From NCBI GenBank assembly GCA_002269645.1, contig NIVC01002651.1:8482-72481 (forward strand): a stretch of DNA of 64,000 nucleotides, in the 5' to 3' direction. Below the pieces are notes generated by a model. It saw nothing but the letters and a program-made list of their open reading frames with translations. It had not been told where the DNA came from and did no database searches. Below are positions 31,826 to 57,784 of this stretch, one piece after another. The first letter of the stretch is position 1; each line of letters starts with the position of its first letter. Position numbers and translations under genes: made by a program. The DNA is from Macrostomum lignano. Taxonomy: Eukaryota.

Positions 31826-32029
31826 CTTTCTATTGATAACAGTGTCTATTCAATGCCACCCATAATTATTGAATGCACCGCATGTAAGAACAATGCCCTA
31901 TGTTCAAATCATGGCCGCACTTTACTACTTGCTAAGCGAAGTAGTCGCATCGCAAACAACTCTATTGCAAACTCAATAAAGTTCTATCTGACACTTTTAA
32001 CGGCCTCATTATCGCCAGCTGTCGTTTGG

Positions 32030-33465
32030 ACCCTCACTATCTAGACTGAAATCCGTTCTTCTGACCCTCACTATCTAGACTGAAATCCGTTTTTCTGACC
32101 CTGACTATCTAGACTGCAATCCGTCCTCCTGACCCTCACTATCTAGACTGCAATCCGTCCTCCTGACCCTCACTATCTAGACTGAAAGCCGTCCTCCTGA
32201 CCCTCACTATCTAGACTGAAACCCGTCCTCCTGACCTTCACTATCTAGACTGAAACCCACCCTCCTGACCCTCACTATCTAGACTGCAATCCGCCCTCCT
32301 GACCCTCACTATCTAGACTGAAATCCGTCCTCCTGACCCTCACTATCTAGACTGCAATCCGCCCTCCTGACCCTCACTATCTAGACTGAAACCCGCCCTC
32401 CTGACCCTCACTATCTAGACTGAAACCCGCCCTCCTGACCCTCACTATCTAGACTGAAATCCGCCCTCCTGACCCTCACTATCTAGACTGAAATCCGCCC
32501 TCCTGACCCTCACTATCTAGACTGAAATCCGCCCTCCTGACCCTCACTATCTAGACTGCAATCCGCCCTCCTGACCCTCACTATCTAGACTGAAACCCGC
32601 CCTCCTGACCCTCACTATCTAGACTGCAATCCGCCCTCCTGACCCTCACTATCTAGACTGCAATCCGCCCTCCTGACCCTCACTATCTAGACTGAAACCC
32701 GCCCTCCTGACCCTCACTATCTAGACTGCAATCCGCCCTCCTGACCCTCACTATCTAGACTGAAATCCGTTCTTCTGACCCTCACTATCTAGACTGCAAT
32801 CCGTCCTCCTGACCCTCACTATCTAGACTGAAATCCGCCCTCCTGACCCTCACTATCTAGACTGCAATCCGCCCTCCTGACCCTCACTATCTAGACTGAA
32901 ACCCGTCCTCCTGACCCTCACTATCTAGACTGCAATCCGCCCTCCTGACCCTCACTATCTAGACTGAAATCCGTTCTTCTGACCCTCACTATCTAGACTG
33001 CAATCCGTCCTCCTGACCCTCACTATCTAGACTGCAATCCGCCCTTCTGACCCTCACTATCTAGACTGAAATCCGTTCTTCTGACCCTCACTATCTAGAC
33101 TGCAATCCGTCCTCCTGACCCTCACTATCTAGACTGCAATCCGTCCTCCTGACCCTCACTATCTAGACTGCAATCCGTCCTCCTGACCCTCACTATCTAG
33201 ACTGCAATCCGCCCTTCTGACCCTCACTATCTAGACTGAAATCCGTTCTTCTGACCCTCACTATCTAGACTGCAATCCGTCCTCCTGACCCTCACTATCT
33301 AGACTGCAATCCGCCCTTCTGACCCTCACTATCTAGACTGCAATCCGTCCTCCTGACCCTCACTATCTAGACTGCAATCCGCCCTTCTGACCCTCACTAT
33401 CTAGACTGAAACCCGTCCTCCTGACCCTCACTATCTAGACTGAAACCCGTCCTCCTGACCCTCAC
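32030..33465. repeat. 34-bp minisatellite
   Basis: GACCCTCACTATCTAGACTGAAATCCGCCCTCCT, ~42 copies, downstream of copy 3. Confidence 0.97.
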
Positions 33466-34117
33466 CAGACTGTAATGCCCCTTCTCTGCCCAAGCTACTT
33501 GTATGCATAGTTTTTTACTTTTACCACTTCGTTCATAAATTCTACTTTGAAAAATAGCTCACACAAGTCATTGCACGCTAAAAGCTAAGTTCTCGCACAA
33601 AATGTTTGTCGCGGGTAGCTTTGTCGGTCTTCTACTAGCCAATGAATAGTATTTGAGCTCCAATTTAAGAGAGAGCATTCACGACTTGAAAAGCGTGACA
33701 GGATGCGAGAGCCAGACGAAAGAGGCTCAGGCTTGAGGGTTGCCGCTTTTAGAGCGAATAGAAAGTATTTTTAAATCTTCGTTCACAAGCTTGGCTTCTA
33801 CTGTATATTTTTGGAAGATTATTAGGTTGTAGCTGAACTTATTTCATCAGCCTCGTTGCTGCGATCAACGGATTCAAACTTGTCAATCAGTGAACTTTTA
33901 AATGTAATAAAAGTTCCTAGACTTTCTCTACTAGAGAATCTGGAAATTCTGACTGACTAGGATTCTTTTGTCAATTTCTACCATACCCTTGAGCTCACTT
34001 CCTTGGGGTAATTCGCTTTGTAAAGTAATTTAGCTAGCTCTCATGTATTCTCATTCATCTGCATTTGATCACCGCACACTGTGAGTGCAGGATTAGAAAT
34101 CCCGAAAGAGTGATTGT

Positions 34118-34500
34118 GCAGGATTTATTATGTCTATAGTCAAACCTCCCCCGGAGCGTGCAGGATTGATTATGTCTATGGCCAAACCTCCCCCGGAGCG
34201 TGCAGGATTGATTATGTCTATGGCCAAACCTCCCCCGTAGCGTGCAGGATTGATTATGTCTATGGCCAAACCTCCCCCGGAGCGTGCAGGATTGATTATG
34301 TCTATGGCCAAACCTCCCCCGGAGCGTGCAGGATTGATTATGTCTATGGCCAAACCTCCCCCGGAGCGTGCAGGATTGATTATTTCTATGGCCAAACCTC
34401 GGGCCCGGAGCGTGCAGGATTGATTATGTCTATGGCCAAACCTCGGGCCCGGAGCGTGCAGGATTGATTATATCTATGGTTAAACCTCGGCCCCGGAGCG
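34118..34500. repeat. 42-bp minisatellite
   Basis: CCCCCGGAGCGTGCAGGATTGATTATGTCTATGGCCAAACCT; degenerate units resume after the SINE at ~34861-34925. Confidence 0.9.
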
Positions 34501-34507
34501 TGTGGGA

Positions 34508-34860
34508 TTTTTTTATTAGAGGCAGGGGGTTGTGTGCACCCTGGCGTACTTTAAGCGACATTGTCGCACAACCGGCGAGAGGCATTACTGCCCATTCCGC
34601 CGACTCCCCTGAGAAGGCACACAAGCGCGCGGATACGTAAGCAGTCATACGCACAGGCAAACACTCACACAGGAGTGTACAGCGGCCCTAACTTTATTTA
34701 TCGTTTATCGGGGTTTGGCCCTCAAGGCCGTTAGTTGCACGAGCAGAGCCAAGCCGAGGTTCCAATTTAGCCCCAATTCAATGTGACTGCACTTGGAATC
34801 GAGCATGGGGTCGCTGGCACATCAGAGCGCCGCGCCAGACCACTGGGCTACGACCCCCTG
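34508..34860 (-). mobile_element. tRNA-derived SINE (family A), copy with full 3' tail
   Basis: Reverse complement: GGGGGTCGTAGCCCAGTGG ... CTCGATTCCAAGTGCAGTC ... GCTGTACACTCCTGTGTGAG ... GGGGAGTCGGCGGAATGGGCAGTAATGCC ... CCTCTAATAAAAAAA; colinear with 3651-3973; degenerate TSD. Confidence 0.88.
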
Positions 34861-35463
34861 CGTGCGGGTTTGATTTCGTCTATGGCCAAACCACCCGAGA
34901 TAGTGCAGGATTGATTATGTCCATGGGTTAGCCTCATCAGACTCAGGCTCTCGCAAGGCTCTCTCTGTCTATATTATCAATGAAAACCTTTCATTCCAGT
35001 AGTCATTTGGCCATTGGTTGTCATGTAATTAATTTACCAGTGCTAAAGCTAAATTATTCTATGATATTGTCAGCCAATAAGAATGGATGAGAAGCCACCG
35101 GGACATTATTGAGCAGCTGAGCATTCACTCTAGCTTTTCAATTTAAGTCCTCCCAGATGCGCACAATCCCGCCAATAAATAACTCAACGACATTCAATAG
35201 CAGAGAATTTTTCGCTAAAGAAAAAAATAGTAACAGGCCATAATAAAACTTTTGCCTGAAAGGCGATTCCAGATACCCGACAGATAGCATCTGCTATCCG
35301 CACCGCTGCCAACGGGAAGGCAAAGTCAAGCAAGTCACAATACAGACGACTCAGGCTTCACCTACACAGTATCTGGGATAAATAGAGAGAAAGTCATCCG
35401 TTCCCCCTTCAACTCCGGCTGCGATGCCAAAAGATTAATTGGCCTTGCCGTGCGACCGTCGGA

Positions 35464-35466
<3 letters not shown>

Positions 35467-35518
<52 letters not shown>
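35467..35518. repeat. (GA)n microsatellite upstream of the BAMBI-like ATG
   Basis: Pure GA run. Confidence 0.95.
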
Positions 35519-35520
<2 letters not shown>

Positions 35521-35606
35521 CACAGCAGCAGCAATCTATTAAAAAGCGGAGCAGCAGAGAAGGATCAGATTCAATCATTCTTAGAATTCCCAGCTGCGGA
35601 GACCCG

Positions 35607-38422
35607 ATGCCGAGACCAACCAGTTCCAGGCTGATGCACCTGCTGGCAGTGCTCATCGTCGGCTGCGGCGCCTCAGCCCTACTCTGTGAGTCCTGGAAGC
35701 TCAACCCTCAAAAAATGCCTAAAATCTCAGCTTGGGAGAAGTTGCATAGAGGACGCTGTTTCCGCTAGGTGGACTTGCAAGATTTCCCGTCGCACAGCTC
35801 AACCAAGGCGTGAGACATACCTTCACCTCTGGCTTTACTCTGTAGAATTAAGGAACAGGATTAGAATGGTGCAGATCGCTTGGTTCCTGAGGCTGGTATG
35901 CGAGGGCGGCCAGGCGTGAGAGAGTAGGAATGTCTGCGCGGGAGGTGAGCCTATCTTTGTTAAGTCGCTGACGCCCTGTAGAGTTTGTTTTTCTGCTGAA
36001 TTTTGTCACGGCGGCTGCTTCAGCACCTCTCTCAGCCCCGGCTCGCTCTCCGGCTCATGCTATTGAACAGGCTGCAGAGCAAAGTTAATGGAGAAGCTCT
36101 GGGAAAGCAGTTCAGAGAGGAGTTGAGAAGTAGGGACCGAGAGCAGTGCTCTCTTGGCTAGGGTGGGTCGGGCGGGCGGCATCCGCTTAGCGGAAGACGG
36201 CTTGGAAGGCTTGGGCTCCCTGCCTGATGCAAGCTGGCGCTCTGCGGCCGGTCTTCTTCTTTTTCTGTGTTTCTTTCTGTTGCTTCGCCTTTCTTTTTGG
36301 CTCATCTGTCTCGCTGTGCAGCACCCTCCACACTGCAGCACCCTCCTATCCTACAGCACCCTCCTATCCTACAGCACCCTCCACACTGCAGCACCCTCCT
36401 ATCCTACAGCACCCTCCTATCCTACAGCACCCTCCACACTGCAGCACCCTCCTATCCTACAGCACCCTTCAATCCTACTGCACCCTTCAATCCTACAGCA
36501 CCCTTCAATCCTACGGCACCCTCCTATCCTACAGCACCCTCCTATCCTGCAGCACCCTCCTATCCTACAGCACCTTCCTATCCCCACAGCACCCTCCTAT
36601 CCTACAGCACCCTCCTATCCTACAGCACCCTCCTATTCCCACAGCACCTTTCAATCATACAGCACCCTCCTATCCTACAGCACCCTCCTATCCTACAGCA
36701 CCCTCCTATCCTACAGCACCCTCCTATCCTACAGCACCCTCCTATCCCCACAGCACCTTTCAATCATACAGCACCCTCCTATCCTACAGCACCCTCCACA
36801 CTGCAGCACCCTCCTATCCTACAGCACCCTCCACACTGCAGCACCCTCCTATCCTACAGCACCCTCCTATCCTACAGCACCCTTCTATCCTACAGCACCC
36901 TCCACACTGCAGCACCCTCCTATCCTACAGCACCCTCCTATCCTACAGCACCCTCCTATCCTACAGCACCCTCCTATCCTACAGCACCCTCCTATCCTAC
37001 AGCACCCTCCTATCCTACAGCACCCTCCTATCCTACAGCACCTTCCTATCCCCACAGCACCCTCCTATCCTACAGCACCCTCCTATCCTACAGCACCCTC
37101 CTATCCTACAGCACCCTCCTATCCTACAGCACCCTCCTATCCTACAGCACCCTCCTATCCTACAGCACCCTCCTATCCTACAGCACCCTCCTATCCTACA
37201 GCACCCTCCTATCCTACAGCACCCTCCTACGGCACCTTCCTATCCCCACAGCACCCTCCTATTCTTTTCTCGCTACTCGCTAGTAGTCAGTCTATAATTC
37301 AGCATCCTTCGCTGTATCTTCAGCAAACTCGGCAGGATTCGAACCCACGACCTGCGCCTGCACAACCGCGGACTGCATCGGGGCGGGCACGGACATCTGC
37401 CGAGCTCCGCAGCTCTGCTACAGCCGGCTGAAGGCATTCAGCGGAGGCTCGCCAGAACCGCTTGACAAAGGCTGCGTGCTCAGCAGCAAGGATCAGGGAG
37501 CCTGCAGTCTAGACGAGCCTGTGAAGGACTCGGAAGGGGCCTTCCTGGTCTGCTGCTCGGGCTCCTGGTGCAACAGCAAGCCGTCTGAGATGATGCCCAC
37601 CCTGCCGGGCCAAGCCGGTGAGTGGCGCCTGACCAAATGCATATCCCGACTTGTCCTTAGCTGGCAGAATGCATAACCTGGCCTGTCCTTAGCTGGCAGA
37701 ATGCATAACCTGGCCTGTCCTTAGCTGGCAGAATGCATAACCTGGCCTGTCCTTAGCTGGCAGAATGCATAACCTGGCCTGTCCTTAGCTGGCAGAATGC
37801 ATAACCTGGCCTGTCCTTAGCTGGCAGAATGCATAACCTGGCCTGTCCTTAGCTGGCAGAATGCATAACCTGGCCTGTCCTTAGCTGGCAGAATGCTCAG
37901 CTTGACTTGTCCGCCCTTCCGCCAGCCGTCTCAGGCCCCAGCCAGGCTCTGCACTCAACAGTCACAAAGCAGATTCTGCAGCCATCTGCAACACCAGCGA
38001 TGACGTCTCCCACTGCAGCAAGCAGCAGCACCTCGGCGTCAACCACGGAGACTCTGCAGCAGCTGCGGCATCGCCGACCGATTCCGCAGTCGCCGAGAGT
38101 TGCCGACGGCAGTCTGGACGGCAGCGCGGCAATCTTGGCCACCGGACTGACCGCGGTGCTGCTGGGCATAACTGTGGCAGTCGCCGCTGCTGCCCTGCTG
38201 GTCCTGCTGGTCAGGCGTCGCCAACAAAGCCGGCGGCATCAACGACACGACCGGAGTCAGGAGGCCGAGCTGGAGGCCGCTGCCCAGCAGCTGCCGATGC
38301 CGGAGTCGCCGACTCTGTCGCAGTTGGCTCAGTTTGACCTGCACTACAGGAACAGCCTGGCTGAGCAGCTCTGCTCACCGCTGCCAGCAAGGACTCAAGC
38401 CAAGCTGGATGCGGTCTATTGA
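35607..38422 (+). CDS. BAMBI: BAMBI-like TGF-beta type I pseudoreceptor (~289 aa)
   Basis: Exons 35607-35685 (signal peptide), 37324-37617, 37926-38422; both introns phase 1. Ectodomain CACTTADC-x7-C-x5-CYSRL...PLDKGC...C...VCC-x4-CN, resembling vertebrate BAMBI as I recall it (CYC-x4-C..CFSRL..PLTHGC..ECC..CN). Single TM helix; short kinase-less tail with LHY...QAKLD, matching the BAMBI C-terminal motif. Confidence 0.8.
36315..37260. repeat. 18-bp minisatellite (BAMBI intron 1)
   Basis: CAGCACCCTCCTATCCTA with variants. Confidence 0.95.
37650..37895. repeat. 32-bp minisatellite (BAMBI intron 2)
   Basis: CCTGGCCTGTCCTTAGCTGGCAGAATGCATAA, ~7 copies. Confidence 0.95.
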
Positions 38423-39019
38423 ATCAGATTTGCCCGCCCCGTCTTAGTCTACTATTCTCCTTAGTGTAAATTAATCACAAAATAGCGTATAAAATTCAGC
38501 AATGTTTACAAAGCTACTATAAGTAGTTTAAAAGATGCGAATTTGAAATTTTTAGCAAAAATGAACTAATTTAATCGTATGTAAATAATTTATATGCCAA
38601 TAAATTGGAAATATAACGTCAATTATGTTTTCTGGTTATATCGAAATTATTGTGTTTGTTATAATAGAGATTTTGGAAATTTTCAGAAAATATCCCGTCT
38701 CACTGATGTATTTTGAAGCTCCAGTGAAATTTGCACGAATTGAGAGTGTAGTTAAAATTTAATTGGAACGAAGAGGGTAGAGAACATCGAGAGACCTGCT
38801 TGACCATCTCTTGAACTCATTCTGAACAATTTCTGCAGGTGCTGCATGACGCACTGTGGTGATTAAATATGCAGACCACCCTTGCTCATGCAAATTCATT
38901 TAGATAGCAATCTGCACCAGTGTTTTGTAGCAGCCGACCAGAGCCCACTGTCTGGCACGATATTGTTGTGTCTTGTCAGAGCTGCGCGTGAATCACGTGG
39001 ACACATCTCTTTAGCGTGG

Positions 39020-39590
39020 ACAAAAGCACTAAACGAGGACACAAACAATCACTAAATGAGGTCAGACACAAGCACTAAATGAGGACACAAACAAGCACTA
39101 AATGAGGACACAAGCAGGCACTAAATGAGGACAAAAAACACTATAAGCGAGGACACAAACAAGCACTAAATGAGGGCGCAAACGCTAAGCGAAGACACAA
39201 GCAAGCCCTTAAACGAAGACAACAAACAAGTACTAAACGAAGATAACAAACAAGTACTAAACGAAGATAACAAACAAGTACTAAACGAAGACAACAAACA
39301 AGTACTAAACGAAGACAACAAACAAGTACTAAACGAAGACAACAAACAAGTACTAAATGAAGACAACAAACAAGTACTAAATGAAGACAACAAACAAGTA
39401 CTAAATGAAGACAACAAACAAGTACTAAACGAAGACAACAAACAAGTACTAAATGAAGACAACAAACAAGTACTAAATGAAGACAACAAACAAGTACTAA
39501 ATGAAAACAACAAGCAAGTACTAAATGAAGACAACAAACAAGTACTAAATGAGGACACAGACAAGTACTAAATAAGGACACAAACAAGCA
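39020..39590. repeat. 24-bp minisatellite
   Basis: AAACAAGTACTAAATGAAGACAAC with degenerate flanks. Confidence 0.93.
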
Positions 39591-40009
39591 CAAATTATTA
39601 TGATATTAAGCCACCAGTGTATTGCCATTGGTTCCGACTAATATATTTACAGAACACTTGCTTATGCCATTATAATAATGCATGGAATTCCGATAAAAAT
39701 TGAAACTGTGTGTACAGCCACTCGTAGAAATCGCAGATAAGAATTTTAGCAAAGAAATAACGCCAACGGAAATTAGTTCACACGGTACGCTGCTCTCAGG
39801 AAAATTTGTTAGGGCAACGAGAAGCTGACTGGGCGAGAGCAATGATGATGGGCTTAACTTCGAATACTCTTCTTCTGGGTGCCGAATAAATAACTGATTT
39901 GCTAATTTATGATCAAGTGTACGATTGCACTGCGGCTGCCGGCTGAATAAAAGGGAAGGCACTCTGGGCAGATCTCTCGCCCTTCTCAGGCTTGCTCATA
40001 TTCTTGAAT

Positions 40010-40495
40010 TGACTCAGAACCTGACTCAGAATCTCACTCAGAATCTCACTCGGAATCTCACTCGGAATCTCACTCGGAATCTCACTCGGAATCTCGCTCG
40101 GAATCTCACTCGGAATCTCACTCAAGCTCAGAAGCAAGTCTCACACCAAATCTTACTTGAAATCTCAACCCGAACCTCAATCAGAATCTCACTTGGAATC
40201 TCACTTGGAATCTCAATCAGAATCTCAATCAGAATCTCATTCAGAAGAATCTCACTCGGAATCTCACTCGGAATCTCACTCAAGCTCAGAAGCAAGTCTC
40301 ACACCAAATGTCATGCTAAATCTCACTCCGAATCTCACTCTAAATCTCACTCCAAATCTTACTTAAAATCTCACTCCAAATTTCACTCTAAATCTCACCT
40401 CAAATCTTACTTTAAATCTCACTCCAAATCTCACTCTAAATCTCACCTCAAATCTTACTTTAAATCACACCTCGAATCTCACTCTAAATCTCACC
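40010..40495. repeat. 12-bp degenerate minisatellite, 3' of the CUB gene stop
   Basis: CTCGGAATCTCA / CTCTAAATCTCA units. Confidence 0.9.
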
Positions 40496-40530
40496 CCAGA
40501 TTCTCCTCACAGTCCCAGTGAGAGTCACAG

Positions 40531-54294
<13,764 letters not shown>

Positions 54295-55649
54295 CTCGCT
54301 GTCCGAAAAGCTGACCCGGCCAGCACCCAGGCACCAGCAGCAGCAGCAGGAGACTGGAGCCTAAATACCTGACAATTAAGCGCTCCGTTGATCCCTCAGA
54401 AAAATGTTCAGCAGCCTTTATCAGGACACCCCCAGCTGGCAGCCAGCCTCCTCCCCCAGCTGCATCAATTAGGGATTGGCCGTGATGAGTGGCCAGCCAA
54501 TCCCTCCACTGGGTGACTTGAAAGTTTAAAAGAAATGAAAACTCCTTATTGGTTTCTGGAGACTTTAGAATCCCCTTCAAGTTGATTTATAACAATGCGC
54601 CAGTTCTGTAGCGTCCCATATTTATTTATGGTTTACTGTTATATTAATAAATTATAAATTTGACAAAAAACCAGCAGCGCGTAGCAAATATAAAACAGCC
54701 AGACTGACTACTATTTAACAGTAATACAGTTAGAATCTTACTATTAAAAGTTGATTTAAAAAAAAATAAAATACAAACGCACAGAGTAAAACAAATAGGA
54801 ATTATTTTGTGCGACAGGACTTCGATAAAGAAACATCGTGTTTGGAATGTATTAAATAAACACTACGAAATGACAGAACTATTCATTAGAATAATTACTT
54901 TATTTACAGACTAATTTGTTGAATTAATAAATATTAATAATTTATATAGTGTGCCATGAAAAAATGATTAGAATATTTATTAAAGGTAAAACTGTGCGCA
55001 AAATTGTACTTTTTTAGCAAATAAAATTAACTGTAAAAGTCCAAATATATATTATGTAAGGTGTATTGCACAGCAAAAATCAGATATGCAAAGCAAAATT
55101 GCACTTTTACTATTGCAATAAGTACACACGAACTTAATTTAAATTCCCCTCGACGACAACCCGATTATTAATTATCAATAGTACCCGTGTTACACAATTA
55201 TTGACAAAATAAAACCACATTTGCGTGTAAGCTACTTACAGTTCAGTAGCAGGCTAAATTAAGAAGCATTTTAAATGTATTTTTAGGGTAAAAGTCTCAT
55301 TTATTGGCTCTCTGACCCCCATAGCTTGAATCTCTACTCCCGTCCCACTGAAAATTTTTATTGCGTTCCTCGCTGTGTTTTCTAACCTGCCATGTACATT
55401 CTCAGTGGCACTGGCTGATGTACATTATGACGGCTTGCGCCGCCAATAGCAAGCTGTTTATTAAGGTCTGCAAGTCACTCCAACTGGCTTTCTCTTTTCA
55501 TAAAATAGCTTACGCATTATAACTTACCATACTACTGAACTGAAAGCTAAAGTAGAGAGAAACACTTATAAAAAGCTAATATAATATGCCCAAGTGGCCC
55601 ATTTAAGTATAAGATTTATTATCGTTTGACTATTTCATGTTGGCATATG

Positions 55650-56005
55650 ATTTACATACACATGTACATCCATACACATGCACATCTATGCACATGTACA
55701 TCCATACACATGCACATCTATGCACATGTACATCCATACACATGCACATCTATGCACATGTACATGCATACAAGGCACATCTATGCACATGTACATCTAT
55801 ACACATGCACATCTATGCACATGTACATCCATACACATGTACATCCATACACATATACAGCTATGCACATGCACATCTATGCACATGTACATCCATACAC
55901 ATGTACATCTATGCATATGTACATTCATACACATGTACATCTATGTACATGTACATCTATGCACATGTACATCCATACACATGTACAGCTATGCACATGT
56001 AAATC
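55650..56005. repeat. CATG-rich minisatellite abutting the 3' side of the CORE-SINE
   Basis: ATGTACATCCATACAC / ATGCACATCTATGCAC units. Confidence 0.9.
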
Positions 56006-56009
56006 CATG

Positions 56010-56240
56010 CGCGGCGCATCTGAAGGCTGCGTACGGCTGTTCAGTCCAAGGACTGGGGGGTCGCCACACACAGCCTCAATTACCCCAGCTAATTCTGGCA
56101 CCCATTTTACAGCTGGGAGAACTGAAGCAATTCAGAGTTAAGTGTCTTGCTCAAGGACACAAATTGTTCCAGTGGAATCGAGAATCGAACCCCCGACCTT
56201 CAAGTAGTGAGTCCGACGCTCTAACCACTAGGCTAACAAT
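56010..56240 (-). mobile_element. tRNA-derived SINE (family B) with CORE/MIR-like domain
   Basis: Reverse complement: TAGCCTAGTGGTTAGAGCG (A box) ... GGGTTCGATTC (B box), then GTGTCCTTGAGCAAGACACTTAACTCT...CAGTTCTCCCAGCTGTAAAATGGG, close to the MIR core as recalled (GGGCAAGTCACTTAACCTCTCTG..CAGTTTCCTCATCTGTAAAATGGG). Confidence 0.8.
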
Positions 56241-56383
56241 TCTAAGAATCCCACTAATTATAGAGTTATTGATATTTCAAATAGTTAAGACACGCGCTGT
56301 GGCAACACAAGAAGCCACAGTATATAATAAAACTTACTAATAGTAAATCAGCTACTCGAAAACGCACACCCTATGCCTGTGTC

Positions 56384-57196
56384 TTACACGGTGCTGTCGC
56401 CAAACGGGCCACCAGACCGAGCCGTGCTGGCCTTGTAGTCTCCGCTAGTCGGATCATAATAACTGCCCGGTCCCTTGGCCACAGTGGACGGGCCAGGCAG
56501 ACCGGACAGTCCCTTGTCCTCCTGGTCGGCCAGCAGGTAGTCCAGCTCGTCCTGGTCCAGGTAGCGAATCACAATGAATGCCACGGTGAACAGGCTGGCA
56601 AAGTTGGCCACGCAGGCGAGGCCATAGGAGAAGCCCAGCCTATTGTGGTCCGGCTTGGGCATCCATTCTCTATCCAGGCTTTTCACTCCGACCAAGATTA
56701 GCTGAAGCAGCACGCAGAAGGTGGCGAGCGACTGGCAGATGGCGCAGACGCGCAGCAGTTTCCAGTCGGCGGGCTCTCGCAGTACCTGCTTGTTGATGAA
56801 TCGGCGACAGGCCAGCCGGCTGATGATCAGAGTGGCCAGCAGCATGCAGATAAGGGCCACAATGCCCATCATTTGCACAGCGTAGAACCATGGCGGATTC
56901 AACCAGGATCGAATGTAATAGTACTCAGGATAGTAGATATACCAGCAGCCAGAATAGGCCTTGGACACGTAGTCCTCTGGGTGAATATAGTTATTGAAGC
57001 ACGACACCCACAGGCCTAGCCTAGTGAATGTACTTTTCATAGCTGGATCGGACTCAATCCAATAGGGCGTGACAAAGGCGACAAGGTAGAGTATGGAGCC
57101 AACCACTGAGCTGACTAGGCTGCAGCGGAATGGCAGATCGCGCGGCAGCTGGCCATACTGGACTGGCTGCTGGTCATATCCTTGATAGCTGTGCAT
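56384..57196 (-). CDS. Invertebrate claudin-family (PMP22/EMP/claudin) tetraspan protein, pickel/kune-kune/sinuous-like (270 aa)
   Basis: Single ORF with four hydrophobic segments, PYW..LGLWVSC..GC ECL1 signature, YIRSWLNPPWFYAVQ, WMPKPDHNRLGFSYGLA, and C-terminal STV (class I PDZ ligand). Confidence 0.9.
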   Translation of the reverse strand: MHSYQGYDQQPVQYGQLPRDLPFRCSLVSSVVGSILYLVAFVTPYWIESDPAMKSTFTRLGLWVSCFNNYIHPEDYVSKAYSGCWYIYYPEYYYIRSWLNPPWFYAVQMMGIVALICMLLATLIISRLACRRFINKQVLREPADWKLLRVCAICQSLATFCVLLQLILVGVKSLDREWMPKPDHNRLGFSYGLACVANFASLFTVAFIVIRYLDQDELDYLLADQEDKGLSGLPGPSTVAKGPGSYYDPTSGDYKASTARSGGPFGDSTV

Positions 57197-57509
57197 TAGC
57201 TGGAGCTCTGGAGTATGCAGTGTAAGGAGTCAACATTATACATTATAAACATTATAACTTATGCAAATACAAAAGGGCAGCCTGTCTAAAAGAAGCTTGA
57301 GTCGGATTGGATGTATTACTAAATAAAAGCCATATTTTAAGCAACATAAATTGTTTTAAATTTCAATGTAATTTCTTTTCTATGTTATTTCTATGAAATA
57401 GAAAGGTCTAGTATACGTAGTCTAGTCTAGTTTAATTATAATATATTGTTTATAATTAAAACATATTATTCATTTTATAAATAATATTTGACAGACACAT
57501 GCTTGGTCG

Positions 57510-57659
57510 CAACCTAGGGAGTCACCCGGCCGTTTCTATTGGCAACACACACATCATTATCGCTATTGGACGAAATAGTAGTCATGTAACTGCTCTCAGC
57601 CAATAGCGACTTACATGTGTGTGTTGCCAATAGAAACGGCCGAGTAATTCCCAAGGTTG
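57510..57659. mobile_element. 150-bp palindromic MITE-like element
   Basis: CAACCTAGGGAGTCACCCGGCCGTTTCTATTGGCAACACACACAT ... ATGTGTGTGTTGCCAATAGAAACGGCCGAGTAATTCCCAAGGTTG (45-bp IR, 4 mismatches) plus inner IR CGCTATTGG/CCAATAGCG. Confidence 0.7.
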
Positions 57660-57784
57660 TGCATGTATGGACAGACATGTTTATAAAATCTATTTGATTG
57701 TCAACTTGGTTAACTAAAAGAAGTCACAATATTATAAACAAGGGAATTAAAAGCGTTATACTAATCACCACACTCTGCCCTAAA

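Noticed and set aside
30826-33465. Regularly spaced repeats as a CRISPR array
   Set aside because: Units are head-to-tail with no unique spacers, there are no cas genes, and the context is eukaryotic.
36060-36341. Basic, NLS-like ORF antisense within BAMBI intron 1
   Set aside because: No recognisable domain and no linkable exons; the CUB gene already terminates at 40531.
37335-37365. tRNA/SINE B-box-like GGTTCGAATCC on the minus strand
   Set aside because: It lies within BAMBI coding exon 2 (GFEPTTC) and has no A box or cloverleaf.
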